A stretch of DNA of 63,554 bases, the filler included, from Dugesia japonica (taxonomy: Eukaryota): the NCBI GenBank assembly GCA_001938525.1. It is 5 parts of 5 records of this genome, joined end to end, with 100 filler letters (N's around TTAATTAATTAA, not from the genome) between each part and the next. Parts side by side here need not be neighbours in the genome. Positions count along the whole stretch, not along the records: positions 24,510 to 42,893 come from MQRL01491281.1; positions 42,994 to 54,555 come from MQRL01636265.1; 3 more parts are not named here. One strand, written 5' to 3'. A program made the translations under genes and the position numbers. Below the pieces are notes generated by a model. The model was not told the origin of the DNA. It did not search any database and saw only the letters and a list, made by a program, of their open reading frames with translations. Of this stretch, positions 41,216-52,735 are shown one piece after another; the first letter of the stretch is position 1; every line of letters begins with the position of its first letter.

Positions 41216-42893
41216 TTTTTTACAAATACGTTTTATTTTGATCGAAGCTTTTTCTTTATTTTAATGAAATCTTAATCATGTTTAATAAACTAAGATAAAT
41301 TATGTTTAAATTTGCATATTTTAAAAATCATGCTGCTAAATATAGAGATGTCATTAATTAGAACAGGGCACTTAAATTAGTCTAAGCACATTTGATTGCT
41401 CAAGCAGATCAACAACTCACATGTGGGGTGATAGTTGCAGGCTAATCAAAATATTCAATATTTTGAACATTTGAAAAACTTCTCTTTTAAGTGTATTTAA
41501 CAAGGGTGTTAAAAAAATATTTCTCCATAAAATTTGAATGGAAATGATGGTAGACTGTATATATACTTAGAAGTATGTATTGAAAGTAGTATACTTGTAT
41601 ATTATTTGAGCATCATATTAGAAACTATTCTTTTCTAAAAATGGATTTATAAATGGATAAAAACCTATTTTATCAGTATTTAAGATGCCCCGATTAAAAG
41701 ATTACACTTTACGCAACCAACAGATAATAATTAAAACTCAAAGTAAGCTTAAATAATATATTTTTATACTATTTTGTAGTTAAAATGCTCGCGACGAATT
41801 ATTCAATTGCGCTTAATTCAAGAAAATGTCACATTTGGCGAAAGAATTATGAATAAATTGATCATTAATGAATTTGTTATCATTATACAATCTAGCTAGC
41901 ACCGAATATGAGGACAGTTATGTTCGAGAATTACACTGACCGATTATTGACATAAATGTGAAAATTGATAAACACTTTGTCCAAAATTAATTATAATATG
42001 GAAACAAAATCAAAATAATACAGGTATTTCTAATAATAATACTTAAATTAGTTACGGGTTATATTTTGATTTTGAAACTTTATTATCCATATTATTCAAG
42101 ATCTTATAATCAAATTGGTTTATATTAAATTGTTATTTTAAGGCATAACATGATGATCAAAGTTTATGACAAATTAAAAAATAAATCATTTTTCTCTCTG
42201 ATAAAAATGAAAATCGATAGTTTCAATCCAGAAAATCAATAAATATTAAAAATTTTAATGGATTAAGTTAAATTTAAAAATTATCAATAATTGTTTTTAG
42301 GATAAGTAATCTAAAATTGAGTTCTCCGTTGATAAATACGTTTCAGGTTTTGCTTTTAAATATAATATAAAAAAGATATAAACTGATTATACTGAAGTTT
42401 AATTATTGATTTCATTTCCTTTTATGCATTTCACATAAAATTATATGATTTTAAAATTTAAAAATTCCAAAAACAATAACAAGATAATCACTATTATTTC
42501 AATGTCTTTGATATTGATACAGTAACTTTGATTTATTGTTATCATTTAATAAATTACAGATTAAATTACAGATCTACCTTACTACTATTTTTATGTCATA
42601 ATTCTAATTCATTTTATTTTTAGCAAACGTTCTCAGATTTCAAACATTCAATAAGCATGATAAAATGATAAATTGGCTAATAAAATCGATGGAAATAACT
42701 ACTCGCTATAGATATTATAATTGCCAAATTATTATTCATTCAACTGCACATCAAAAATCAATCCAATTAACTATATCGCTCTTACAAATAATATGTTGAT
42801 AAATATCAATAATGAGCAAATGAGAATAGAAAATATTCATTAAATTTTATGCTCTCGAAAAGTAATATTAACATAAAAATAATGATAAAAAAA

Positions 42894-42993
42894 NNNNNNN
42901 NNNNNNNNNNNNNNNNNNNNNNNNNNNNNNNNNNNNNTTAATTAATTAANNNNNNNNNNNNNNNNNNNNNNNNNNNNNNNNNNNNNNNNNNNN
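42894..42993. other. Artificial contig linker
   Basis: 44 N + TTAATTAATTAA + 44 N. Confidence 0.95.
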
Positions 42994-43612
42994 AAGAAGA
43001 AGAAGAATTTTCAATATAGATAAAACGTAACCATGATCAGGTTCGAAATTTGAATAATAAAAAAATAAAGAAAATATAAGATTTTAATTAATGCTTTATA
43101 CTTTTATTTAAAATTAAAATGGATAGGTTTAACAGTTAGAAAAAACTGTGATAGTAGGAAATACTAATAATAGTAGCAATAATTTAGCAGGGTCAGGCAT
43201 GATCAATTTTGGGTCGTAGACATTTCTATTGGGTCTACACAGAAAAAAGACCATATCAAAAGATACTCCACAAAAAAGTAAAAACAAATATAAATAAATA
43301 ATATTCTTGGCGTATTTAAAAACTAGGGCATATCTTATCTTAATATTACAATAATTTTTTAAAAAAAGTTTTATAAATCCAAATTAATTGATTAAATGAA
43401 TTTTGATTAGGATTCAATTATTCCAGGCAACATTCAATTATGATGAAAACGCTGTAATTTTTATGAAAACAAAAACTAATTATAACTATTGAATTTCAAA
43501 AAAATTACAATAACATTATTTATTTTACAATTACAATTATTTTGAGAATAATATTTCATTAAAATAATAACTTCGATCAAAATGTTGTTTTGTTTTTTTC
43601 TTTTTTGGTAGA

Positions 43613-43648
43613 TATTCGAATTTTTTACTACTGTCTTCTTCAGGAATA
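43613..43648 (-). ncRNA. Minimal hammerhead motif (copy D), degenerate, in repeat about 43525-43650
   Basis: Minus strand TATTC-CTGAAGA-A-GAC AGTA GTA-AAAA-AT-TC-GAATA; stem I TATTC/GAATA; G12 mutated. Confidence 0.55.
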
Positions 43649-44359
43649 ACATTATTTTTATCAGAAATAAATAAATAAATAGAAATTGTGTGACACAAAT
43701 ACCTTGGAATTCGCTAAATGTTCATAAAACATAACTGACAAAATTATTTAAAAAAATTTATTAAATTAAAATTATTATTCAATGATTTTACAAATCTTAT
43801 NNNNNNNNNNNNNNNNNNNNNNNNNNNNNNNNNNNNNNNNNNNNNNNNNNNNNNNNNNNNNNNNNNNNNNNNNNNNNNNNNNNNNNNNNNNNNNNNNNNN
43901 NNNNNNNNNNNNNNNNNNNNNNNNNNNNNNNNNNNCTGAAAGTGAATTGCTGTTTCAGATTTTCCACTGTTCTACAATTATTCTGCTAAAATCCACTTCG
44001 AATAATTTTCTTTGCTTATAATACTTGTTAAACTAAAGAACCTTGTTCACAAAATTACGATGTTGAAAACTGAGACAATTTATTTATTACTTTCCTTGAA
44101 TTCTTGGATTCTAATTTTTTTCTTTAAAACTATATCTATGTGAATTGAAATCTATTTGTTTCAAAAAACTTTTATATATTACTTTTCTTTGTTTATTACT
44201 AATTTCCTGTGGAAATTTTAACAATAATTTATTGAACGTCAAGCGTTCCGCAAAACACTGATTAGGAAAATATAATTTAGTGATTCTGTAATCACTTTAA
44301 TATAATTTTATTTATTGAATTATTTGATCTTTAATTTTATAGTGATAATTTATTTGTAG

Positions 44360-47300
44360 AACCACCACAGTTTAAAAATTTACCTCAGTCTGATAACTGT
44401 ACTACATATTGTTCAAGTAAACAGCCTCATTTATTTCGATGTGAATTGAGTTCTGATTATTACACAACAAGAGATGTTTTAGTTGAAAAGTTTTGGCTGG
44501 TTAACAATATTAGACTTGATTCACTACCATACCACAGTTTATATTTTAAGGATGACACAGTATGTAAATTTTATGATATTGATTATTGAAAATAAATAAC
44601 TTTTTTAGATAGGTCTTAATCTAATGCCAGTAAAATCAAATATATCAGAATACGATGTTGCTTTGAAATTGTTGTTGAAAAATGCAAAACTAATTTGTCG
44701 AGTTAGATTATTATATCCTGGGTCAACAGACATGACCGATACTATATTGATTCGTGAAAATCGAATAATCTACGATACCTTTTCTGATTCATCAATAATG
44801 AATCATTTTGCTGCAGAAATAAAACTTGATTGGGAACCAGTTATTGGTATTAGATTTTTAATAATTTAAATTAATTAATAATGATAAATAAAATTAATTG
44901 TGTATGCATGTGTGTATAGAAAGACCTATACATTTTAAAAATTGAAATAAAAAATGAAAACCTTTTTAATCGATAAATTTAAAATAAAAAGAGAAAATAT
45001 TCGGTTGTAACATAATTTGCTATGATTTTTTAATAAAAATTTGTACATTTAAAAATAATTGTTATTTAGAACAATTATTTTTACAATAATAAAAAGTTAA
45101 TCAATAATATAACTTCCATCAGTGAATTGCTGTTTATCTTTTTAGCTAATTTTCTGCCTGCTTGACTATCATTTTTTGGAGTAGCCAGTACCTTGAAGGT
45201 CGAATGTGCCATTTCGAAACTTGCTGAATAAGTATTTATAGATACATGTAGTGATATTGATTAAAATATTCCAACGCCAACGAGCGTTTTTCCTAACAGT
45301 GTGAAATTGCTTAGCAGTACTCCAGGCCATTGCACCTTATCCGTATTCAGCATAAATATCTCGGACCATTTCTGCAACTTTTAGACCACAATTAGAAACG
45401 AACAAAAGTAGATGTCTAAAATGCTGTTTTTTTTATCTACTTGGCGTTGCATTTTTAATATCTCTAAGATTTAAATAAAATTTACTGATATAAAGTTACT
45501 GAGATTTCGTAGAGCAGAAAAAGGATTTCAAATAAATGTTAGTATTCAAAAAAATAGTGTGGTTAAACAAACTACAATTTACAATAAAAAAATCAAATCA
45601 CAGAAAAATAAATCCTACCGCTAAAATCAATTTTTACTGACTACTGTCTTAGAGCTCACTTTCGGAGCAATATGGCATTTATTTTTTAATCGGAGCTTGC
45701 ATATTTAATTTGATATCAATTTAACTACTTCAGCTATTTTATCTGATAAATAAAAGTCTGGAAAAGACGAAGCAAACTATTTTAGATTAAGAGGTTATGT
45801 AACACGTTTGTATTGATTTTCTAACTTTTTTATATGACTTTCTATAATCATCTTAATAGTGTAGTACGAAAAACTTTAGAAAATGCTTATCGTTAATTAT
45901 TGTAAATTTGTTAATACTGTTGGGGTTCCACCTGAGTTGAGTATCGAAAACCGGACGGCTGGAGAAAAACAACCCTCAGAGGACCCTTTCAAGAATTTAA
46001 CCTAAAGCCCCTAGTTTAGGTATTCAGCGTAGAGTGGTTGACCTCCTACTTCATGGGAGGTGCACACTCGTACACCTTTAGTTTGGGTTCATCGATTTCC
46101 CTTATAATCATAATAAATAAATTGAACAAAATTTAGTAAAGAATGTCTATTGAAATAACATTTACAGTTCCTCCAGAACACCAGGGTCTAACCACTGGGT
46201 AGGTTCTTCTAATATAAAATCGAAAACAGCATTATCGTCATTGTTATCCCATTTAAGCCAAGATGCGTTTCCTAGTTGCTGGGACAAGTCAGCTATGTAG
46301 TGTTTCAGAAAATTAATCTTATGCTGCAAGAGTCGCTGGGTTTGTTCTGCTAAACCTTGGGTTTGTTTGGCCAGATCGCTCTGTTTCTTTATAATTAAGT
46401 CAATTTTTGTAATCAATCTATTCCGCTGAGATAGGTGTTTTAAAAGGGCACGCTCTGTCTGACGTTGAGCGTGTCGTTCTATTAGTAGTTTCTGGATGAG
46501 ACGGTGACAGCGCCGGAAACTGATTGGTAGGTGAATACGGTGCACTAAATAATAAAGCATTAAAAAGTTTAACTCTGTTATGGAATTAATTCTTTTACCA
46601 GAAGACAACCCGAGGTATATTTATTTAAGACATGAAAACAATTTATTAATTAAAACAATAAATATGATATCACGGCCGCAGAGTTTGAGTCTCCTTATCT
46701 ATCATAAGTGGCTCTAAAGGCATTTTCCCCTTAGCCTGAGGATGTCATCTACCAGTTTATTCTCTCGGTCATGGAAAGACTGGATAACTTCAGCGAAAGA
46801 TTCGAGCTGGGACTTCCATATGCGTTCTTGTGCGTGCGATGCCTCAGCTTCCTTACGGATGGCAGTGCACTTTGCTCGGTAGCGTTTTACNNNNNNNNNN
46901 NNNNNNNNNNNNNNNNNNNNNNNNNNNNNNNNNNNNNNNNNNNNNNNNNNNNNNNNNNNNTGGGTATCCTCACTGGATTCCCTCATTTTCTTGGTGGGAG
47001 CTATGTTTCGATTTAACGAAGAGTGCACTAAAAAGAAATATTACGATTAGATTTCGATTAACTCTTCATGACAAGACAATATTAACTGATACACAATCAC
47101 ACCAAATAAGGCTGACACTGAACAGAAATGTATGACCATATAAAGCAATGACTATTAAAAAAACAATATATAAACCGACCAAATGATTTAACAAGCAATA
47201 TTTATTTGTGATAACTAAAATCACTAAATGGCAGAATAGAGTAAAACAGAGATCCTCATTCTTTGTCAATATATACCTTAGAAACTAATGGAAACATCTC

Positions 47301-50300
47301 GACGAAACAGCTCGGGTCCGTCTCGTCGAGATGTTCGATTTTCCCTTTTATTAAGACATGAGCCAGCAGTTGTCTCAACTTGGCCGCTCTCCTTTCTTTG
47401 CGGATTAATCTTAGAGTATGGATGAATCCGGGCGTCATTATCTAAACTAGGCAATTATTATAAACAAATAAAAATATCACTCGTCATGGATACTTGACTG
47501 AGGGCACTGAAATGCAGAATGACAAACTAGTTCCATAAAGAAAATAAAGGGATACAGAAAATCTCCATAAATCTATGCTGTGATAATACCACGAGATTTA
47601 CCCACCATCCCTTTTTCAAAAGGAAACAGAATAATAATAATTTAACAGAAGAATAAAATCGAACTATATCAACTTATTATTAAAACACACATAAGATCAA
47701 TTTCAAGAATAGAGCAACAGTAATTAGTTTCGACCATTATTGCTCGGGTTCCGTGTTGGTCGTGAGATCTCGATTATCAGTGTTTTCCACACCCGTGGGT
47801 TCCTTAACACCCCAGAGCAAGTTTGTAATAAAAGCTTGCACTGCTGGGGGTGAGGCCAAAGGTTGATAACTGAAGGGGGTTACGTGGTTACGAACCTGCC
47901 CAGTCCAATTTTGGTGATTCTGTCTTTCCCCAAAAGTTTGGGCCTCTACGGGGGGCAAATTGGATCGGTCTAAAAGGATACCCGCATCTCGATGGTATGG
48001 ATTGATGTGGCGTCGAAAAATCATGCGACACGTCCGTCGATCGTAAACTCGTTCCCATATGACATCCACTAAAATTATAATACAAATAGACAATAATTAA
48101 AATGTTCACCCAATCTTAGCAAAGAGAATTAGATTAAAATCATAAAATTTATATTTTAATTCATTTAGATTTATAATGCAACAGCATATCCTCCGGGAGG
48201 TCAAGGACTCCATAATCTGGATAACCGAGGGGGGACATCCCCGAGATACACTGTAAATCCGTCTCATCTGGATGTTCCACCAACTCGGGGAAGAAAACAT
48301 GACCGGTCAGTCGCCGACAGCGTATGCGTTCTCGTAATTCAAATACACAACACAACACGGTCCGTAATTCCAGGACTAATATTTAATTTATTACCTAATA
48401 AAAATTAATAAATAGATTGAATCTTTCGAATAGGTTCAAAGTCAGAACAACCGCAACCAAGCAAAATATGTTTCACTATGATGTAACCCATTTAATCGCG
48501 TTACTGACCTAGCCATTAAGCCCAGTAGTATTTAGCAACAAAATATTCATTAAAATTAGAGTTGTCGATGGGGTGTGGTTTTGGNNNNNNNNNNNNNNNN
48601 NNNNNNNNNNNNNNNNNNNNNNNNNNNNNNNNNNNNNNNNNNNNNNNNNNNNNNNNNCTTTGTGCTGAAACGTCGTGTTTAAGCTACTTGTACTATTATT
48701 AACCAATTCGTTGAATTTAAAAACGGAATTTATCATTCCCTGTTCTTTAATAATATATACCATCTAGTATATGTTAATAACATTGCAGTGGTTGGTTTAA
48801 TAATTTAGTTAAATTTTAACTAATAATCGGGAGTATTTAATTTACCGCTCACATCGGTTGCTGAGTGATTTTACAACACGATCTTGAGCTGAATAAAGAT
48901 GATGTTAATTCACTTACATACACACACAAGGCAGAAAATACAACGAACTGGTATGCAATGACGATAGATAGCATATAGTTGACTAGTTGAACCGTATGGT
49001 TAATTTCCCGTTTAACATGCATGGCGAACAAAACAGATTTTGTTGTTGATTTGTGAGTGATATTTATGGTTGCGAAAACCCTTATTGGATTTTCTTTTTC
49101 CTTAATAGAGATCACACCTCTGCATTGTTTAGCCTACAACAATCTCGGTGTGTACTTTAATCTCGATAAATTATCATTTGACATATGCGGCTCAAATTTC
49201 ACTGTATCCATGTTATGAGAATGACATTGGTTTTATTTATTTGGTGACAGAATTCAGTAATCATTAAATAAAATAAATTGTGATAAAATTTCTATTACTA
49301 TAAATTAACATTTCATTCTTAATTTATACTAAAAATTATTTGCCAAAAGTTTTACTTANTGTGGAATATAGAATTACTGCAACGGTTTTGTAGACAAACA
49401 ATTGAATTCCTCTGATAGTCAGCTGATTTTCTTCCTTCCTTTTCTTGGCGGTATTTCTCGATTTATTTCTTCACTACTAGCTGATTATATTCCGTGAGTT
49501 AATCGACACACAATGTAATCTTACCAATTGGGTTTCCTTTAAAATAATAGTATGAATTGATTCTAACTGTGCGGAGTCACTAAGTCCAAATAAAAAATTC
49601 TTTGATGATTCTTTCGCTGAGTTTTATAGATCTTTATATAGGATTATTTCTGCATCCTCACTTCTTCCGGATTGGGTGTTTATTTTTAATTGAAATCATG
49701 GATTTCTGATTGAATCTCATGTCGACTTCTAGATTATTTCTACAATTTTCTGTGCTTCTAGTGGCAGCTATTTTTGGATCGTCAGGTGAGTTTTAGTTCT
49801 TTGTTTTATTTTTTAATTTTAGATTGCTATTGGAACAATCTTAAAATCTTTGCGAAGATCCTCTGGATGGTGGTAATATTCTCTAGTGTCAAAATTCTAA
49901 TGACCCAATCCAAATCCTTTCCAAATTTTCTTTAACCCAGCTCCGATGACTTCCCAACGCAAAGTTATTCGTATAAAACGAATTTTTTTTCTAATTTTAA
50001 TTTAGTTTTTTTCCAAATTAATTAACATTTTTTTTCTTGTAATTAGTTATTTTGATTAATGATTTTCTTCATTTTATTATTGATTTTGATAATTTCTTCT
50101 AATTAATGCGATCGACGTGAATCATCTTCATCCACCCAATTTTTCTATAACCATCTTTTCTGTTAATGGTACACCCCTTTAAGAGTTTGTACATAGTGTC
50201 TTGTTTATGATCGTAATTGTTTTCTTTCTCAGAGTGCCAGTTGTGATGCTCTTAATGTTCTTCTTTATGGATTGGAACTTTTGTGGCTTGACTTCATTAA

Positions 50301-52735
50301 CTGGGTGTTTCACCCCAACAATACTATAAATGAATTAATATAATTTTGTAAAATAAAACTAAAGAGTTGAATAAATTTTAAAAAATCACTGTTTTGTTTT
50401 CAATAACTATGCCCTCTACAAAGAAATTGTATTTCTACTTTGAATTTTGTTAATTTCACTATAAATTTCCTTTGATACAACATTAACTTATGTTGATCGT
50501 GTATTTGAACATTAGCAATTTCTATCAAAATTTTAAAAAATTAAACGTTTTAAAATGAAAAACTGGTTGTTTTATTTACAGTAACAAATTTTTAAAATAA
50601 ATTATTTATTTTAATTAAATAAATAAATATTTTATTAAAAAATTTATTTTTCTACGATTAAAATTTTTTATCTAGGTTAAAATTTATAAATGAAATAAAA
50701 CAAAATTAATAGCATCTAACTTTCTTAAGCTTTTAATAAAATATTCAAAAATTTTTACTCAAATAGAAGTAACAGCTAAAAAGAATAATTTTCTCAATAA
50801 TTTCAACGACATTATTATCGACAAGTAAATTATTTTTAAATAAGATATTTTAATTTATTAGGTCGGTGTATAAATTCGTGTGGTTATTTCAAGCCATAAT
50901 ACATTTTTATTTGTATTATTCAAAGTTAATCAGTTATATATTATTCTCAATTGCGCACTACTTATTCCCATTTGAAATAATCAAAGGATTTTGAAGCGAA
51001 GAATTCATCAAGCTAATTTTAAACCTCTGTTTTACTTTTGAAGGAAATCCCTGAAAGAGAATGCTTAAGGTTCCGGCAGAGATGATAATCCGATGTAACA
51101 AGATTGAAAGTGTAGGGCGGATGTGAGAGAGTCTACCAATGCAGCTCTTGAACTCCCGTTTTCGTTCGGTTTGTCATGCAAGAGAATGATTTGGTGTTTT
51201 AGACTCGTTAGTTTGAGCTGTATTGCTTTTTTTAGGCGTTGNNNNNNNNNNNNNNNNNNNNNNNNNNNNNNNNNNNNNNNNNNNNNNNNNNNNNNNNNNN
51301 NNNNNNNNNNNNNACATTCAATCATATGCACTGCATTGTCTGCCGCGAATGAAGATATGGCTTTGTTCAAAGTTTTGATTGCTTGCCAGGGCTAAGCTGT
51401 TGCTTCTTTTTTTTAAATTGACATATCATCGATGATTATATGAGATAGAAAGGATTGATGTTGCTACTGAGTATTGTGTTGTCATGTAAGTAAATAAGCA
51501 AAACAGTTGACAAGTTGAAATTTGTAGATGTTGGAAAAAATAATGTGCTATCTATACTCCCAGTTTCTGCACTTTGGTATAGATTTCATATGTCTGACAA
51601 TTTTTGAGTGATTCAATTCCATCTCTCTAGCCAACTCTCGAGTTGTTTGGTAAATATTTACATGAATTTATTCATTCAATCGATCTTCATCCAAGTCGGA
51701 AAGCCGTCTAGTGCGGGAAGTATTGCGCAGATCAAAATTGCTCTGCTTAACGCGTGAATACTACTTTTGCGCCGTCTTTTCAACAACAGAGTCTTTACCA
51801 TACACAGCACAAATGTTTTTTGGCGGCTTCAGTCGTTTTGCGATCTCGGTTGAATTCATAGAGAACGAAAAATGTACTGTTTTTTTTCAATCTGGCATTC
51901 AATCAGATTTGTCACAAAATTTTGTTATATTTTTATTTCCTAGATTTCTAATAAAAGAAACATGAGTCATAAGGTACATAACTTAATATTTGGTACTTGA
52001 AAATAATTTCAGACACTCAATTTCGAAATAGTTTTATTTTTTTACAAAAACCGCACAAATTTATGCACAAACCCAATGTTTAAAAATTTAGCCAGAATCG
52101 AAAAATTGTGTCCCTGTACATACAATGTAACCGGGAAAATCTTCAAGAAACAGTGAGAAATGTTATTGTTGATGATTATGACAAAGAAATCAACATATTA
52201 TAATTATTTATTTATAATTATTTGTGCTGCAACTATTGTAATTTTGTGATTAATTGTAATTAATAATATGGTTAATAGAAAATTTATTATTTTGTGAATT
52301 TTAAAAATTTTTATTAATTTAATTTTAATTATTTTTATTTTAATTCTTTTTATTTTTACAGTTGAAGGCAGTTATACGTGGATTATATTTCTAGCCATTG
52401 CTATTCTATTAATTGTAATGTTTATATTTTTACTAGTGAAATTCACATTAAAAGGTCAAGGAAAATCTTACCAAAGTAAGAAAATATAAAAGGAAATTAA
52501 TTGCTGTTTTTTTCATAATATTTATAATTACTGTTTGTTTATCGATATTAATATTTTTTTCATAATGATTAGTGATAAAGATGACAATTAACAGTTGATA
52601 TTTTGAGTAAACATAATAATAACTAACTTATTTTCAGTTGAAAAGCTGGAAATCGCTAAAGGATATAATCGAGATGAAGAAATTATTGAAAATGAAACAA
52701 TTAAGCCATATCTTCGATCGTTAGTTCTTAAATAA
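44360..52735 (+). CDS. Ig-domain single-pass membrane protein with L1CAM/neuroglian-like cytoplasmic tail (5'-partial; last exon uncertain)
   Basis: Phase-consistent exons 44360-44559, 44609-44846, 52362-52475, 52638-52719 (or read-through to TAA at 52735). Ig-like PPQF...LFRCEL...KFWLVNN...LICRV; TM WIIFLAIAILLIVMFIFLLV; tail GQGKSYQIEKLEIAKGYNRDEEIIENETIKPYLRS resembles L1-family GGKYxVxxKE...ETFGEYRS. Confidence 0.72.
45110..45450 (-). mobile_element. Mariner N-terminal HTH remnant
   Basis: GLKVAEMVRDIYAEYG*GAMAWSTAK and FSKFRNGTFDL. Confidence 0.7.
46162..46544 (-). CDS. Cassette ORF1, ~127 aa, coiled-coil-like hypothetical protein
   Basis: Body begins after TTATTTAG|TG CAC; a 29-nt intron (46545-46573) would create ATG; heptad-like LIIKKQSDLAKQTQGLAEQTQRLL; acidic Trp-containing tail; no internal stop. 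Confidence 0.6.
46714..47069 (-). CDS. Cassette ORF2, ~106 aa, coiled-coil-like hypothetical protein
   Basis: Micro-exon ATGAAGA (47069-47063), 35-nt GT-AG intron, body 47027-46714 in frame; frame holds across a 70-nt N run. Confidence 0.6.
47256..47438 (-). CDS. Cassette ORF3, 60 aa, EHxDETDxxC-family small protein
   Basis: LRQLLAHVLIKGKIEHLDETDPSCFVEMFPL aligns without gaps to ORF5; upstream micro-exon-like ATGACGA|GT at 47487-47481. Confidence 0.6.
   Translation of the reverse strand: MTPGFIHTLRLIRKERRAAKLRQLLAHVLIKGKIEHLDETDPSCFVEMFPLVSKVYIDKE
47737..48068 (-). CDS. Cassette ORF4, ~110 aa hypothetical protein
   Basis: GC-rich open body beginning after ATTTTAG|TG GAT (DVIWERVYDRRTCRMIFRRHINPYH...); a shorter overlapping frame is also open, so the frame is not certain. 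Confidence 0.5.
48161..48375 (-). CDS. Cassette ORF5, ~71 aa, EHxDETDxxC-family small protein
   Basis: Body after ATATTAG|; CRRLTGHVFFPELVEHPDETDLQCISGMSPL aligns to ORF3, with synonymous GAT/GAC differences at both Asp codons. Confidence 0.6.
49380..49960 (-). mobile_element. Possible RTE-like LINE AP-endonuclease remnant nested in the 4.4-kb element
   Basis: Highly decayed; SEDAEIILYKDL*NSAKESSKNFLFGL loosely recalls APE (APTxxSEDEEIEEFYEDL...IMGD). Confidence 0.3.
50858..52076 (-). mobile_element. Full-length decayed mariner (about 1.2 kb)
   Basis: TIRs TTAGGTCGGTGTATAAATTCGTGTGGTT / AACCGCACAAATTTATGCACAAACCCAA; NICAVYGKDSVVEKTAQK, QTTRELAREM, IILLHDK; many stops. Confidence 0.88.

Larger units (their letters stand above)
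45918..50320. mobile_element. Unclassified 4.4-kb TG...CA element (giant solo LTR or non-autonomous Ginger-like transposon) carrying a small-ORF cassette
   Basis: Perfect 9-bp terminal inverted repeat TGTTGGGGT / ACCCCAACA (imperfect to about 24 bp); exact 4-bp TSD ATAC at 45914-45917 and 50321-50324; GC-richer than flanks; lies in intron 44847-52361 of the Ig gene. Confidence 0.8.

Noticed and set aside
50040-50290. Possible second Penelope 3' end (LLKGCTINRKDGYRKLGG* then TGAAGATGATTCACGTCGATCG) on the minus strand
   Set aside because: Hammerhead core incomplete and protein similarity too weak to call.
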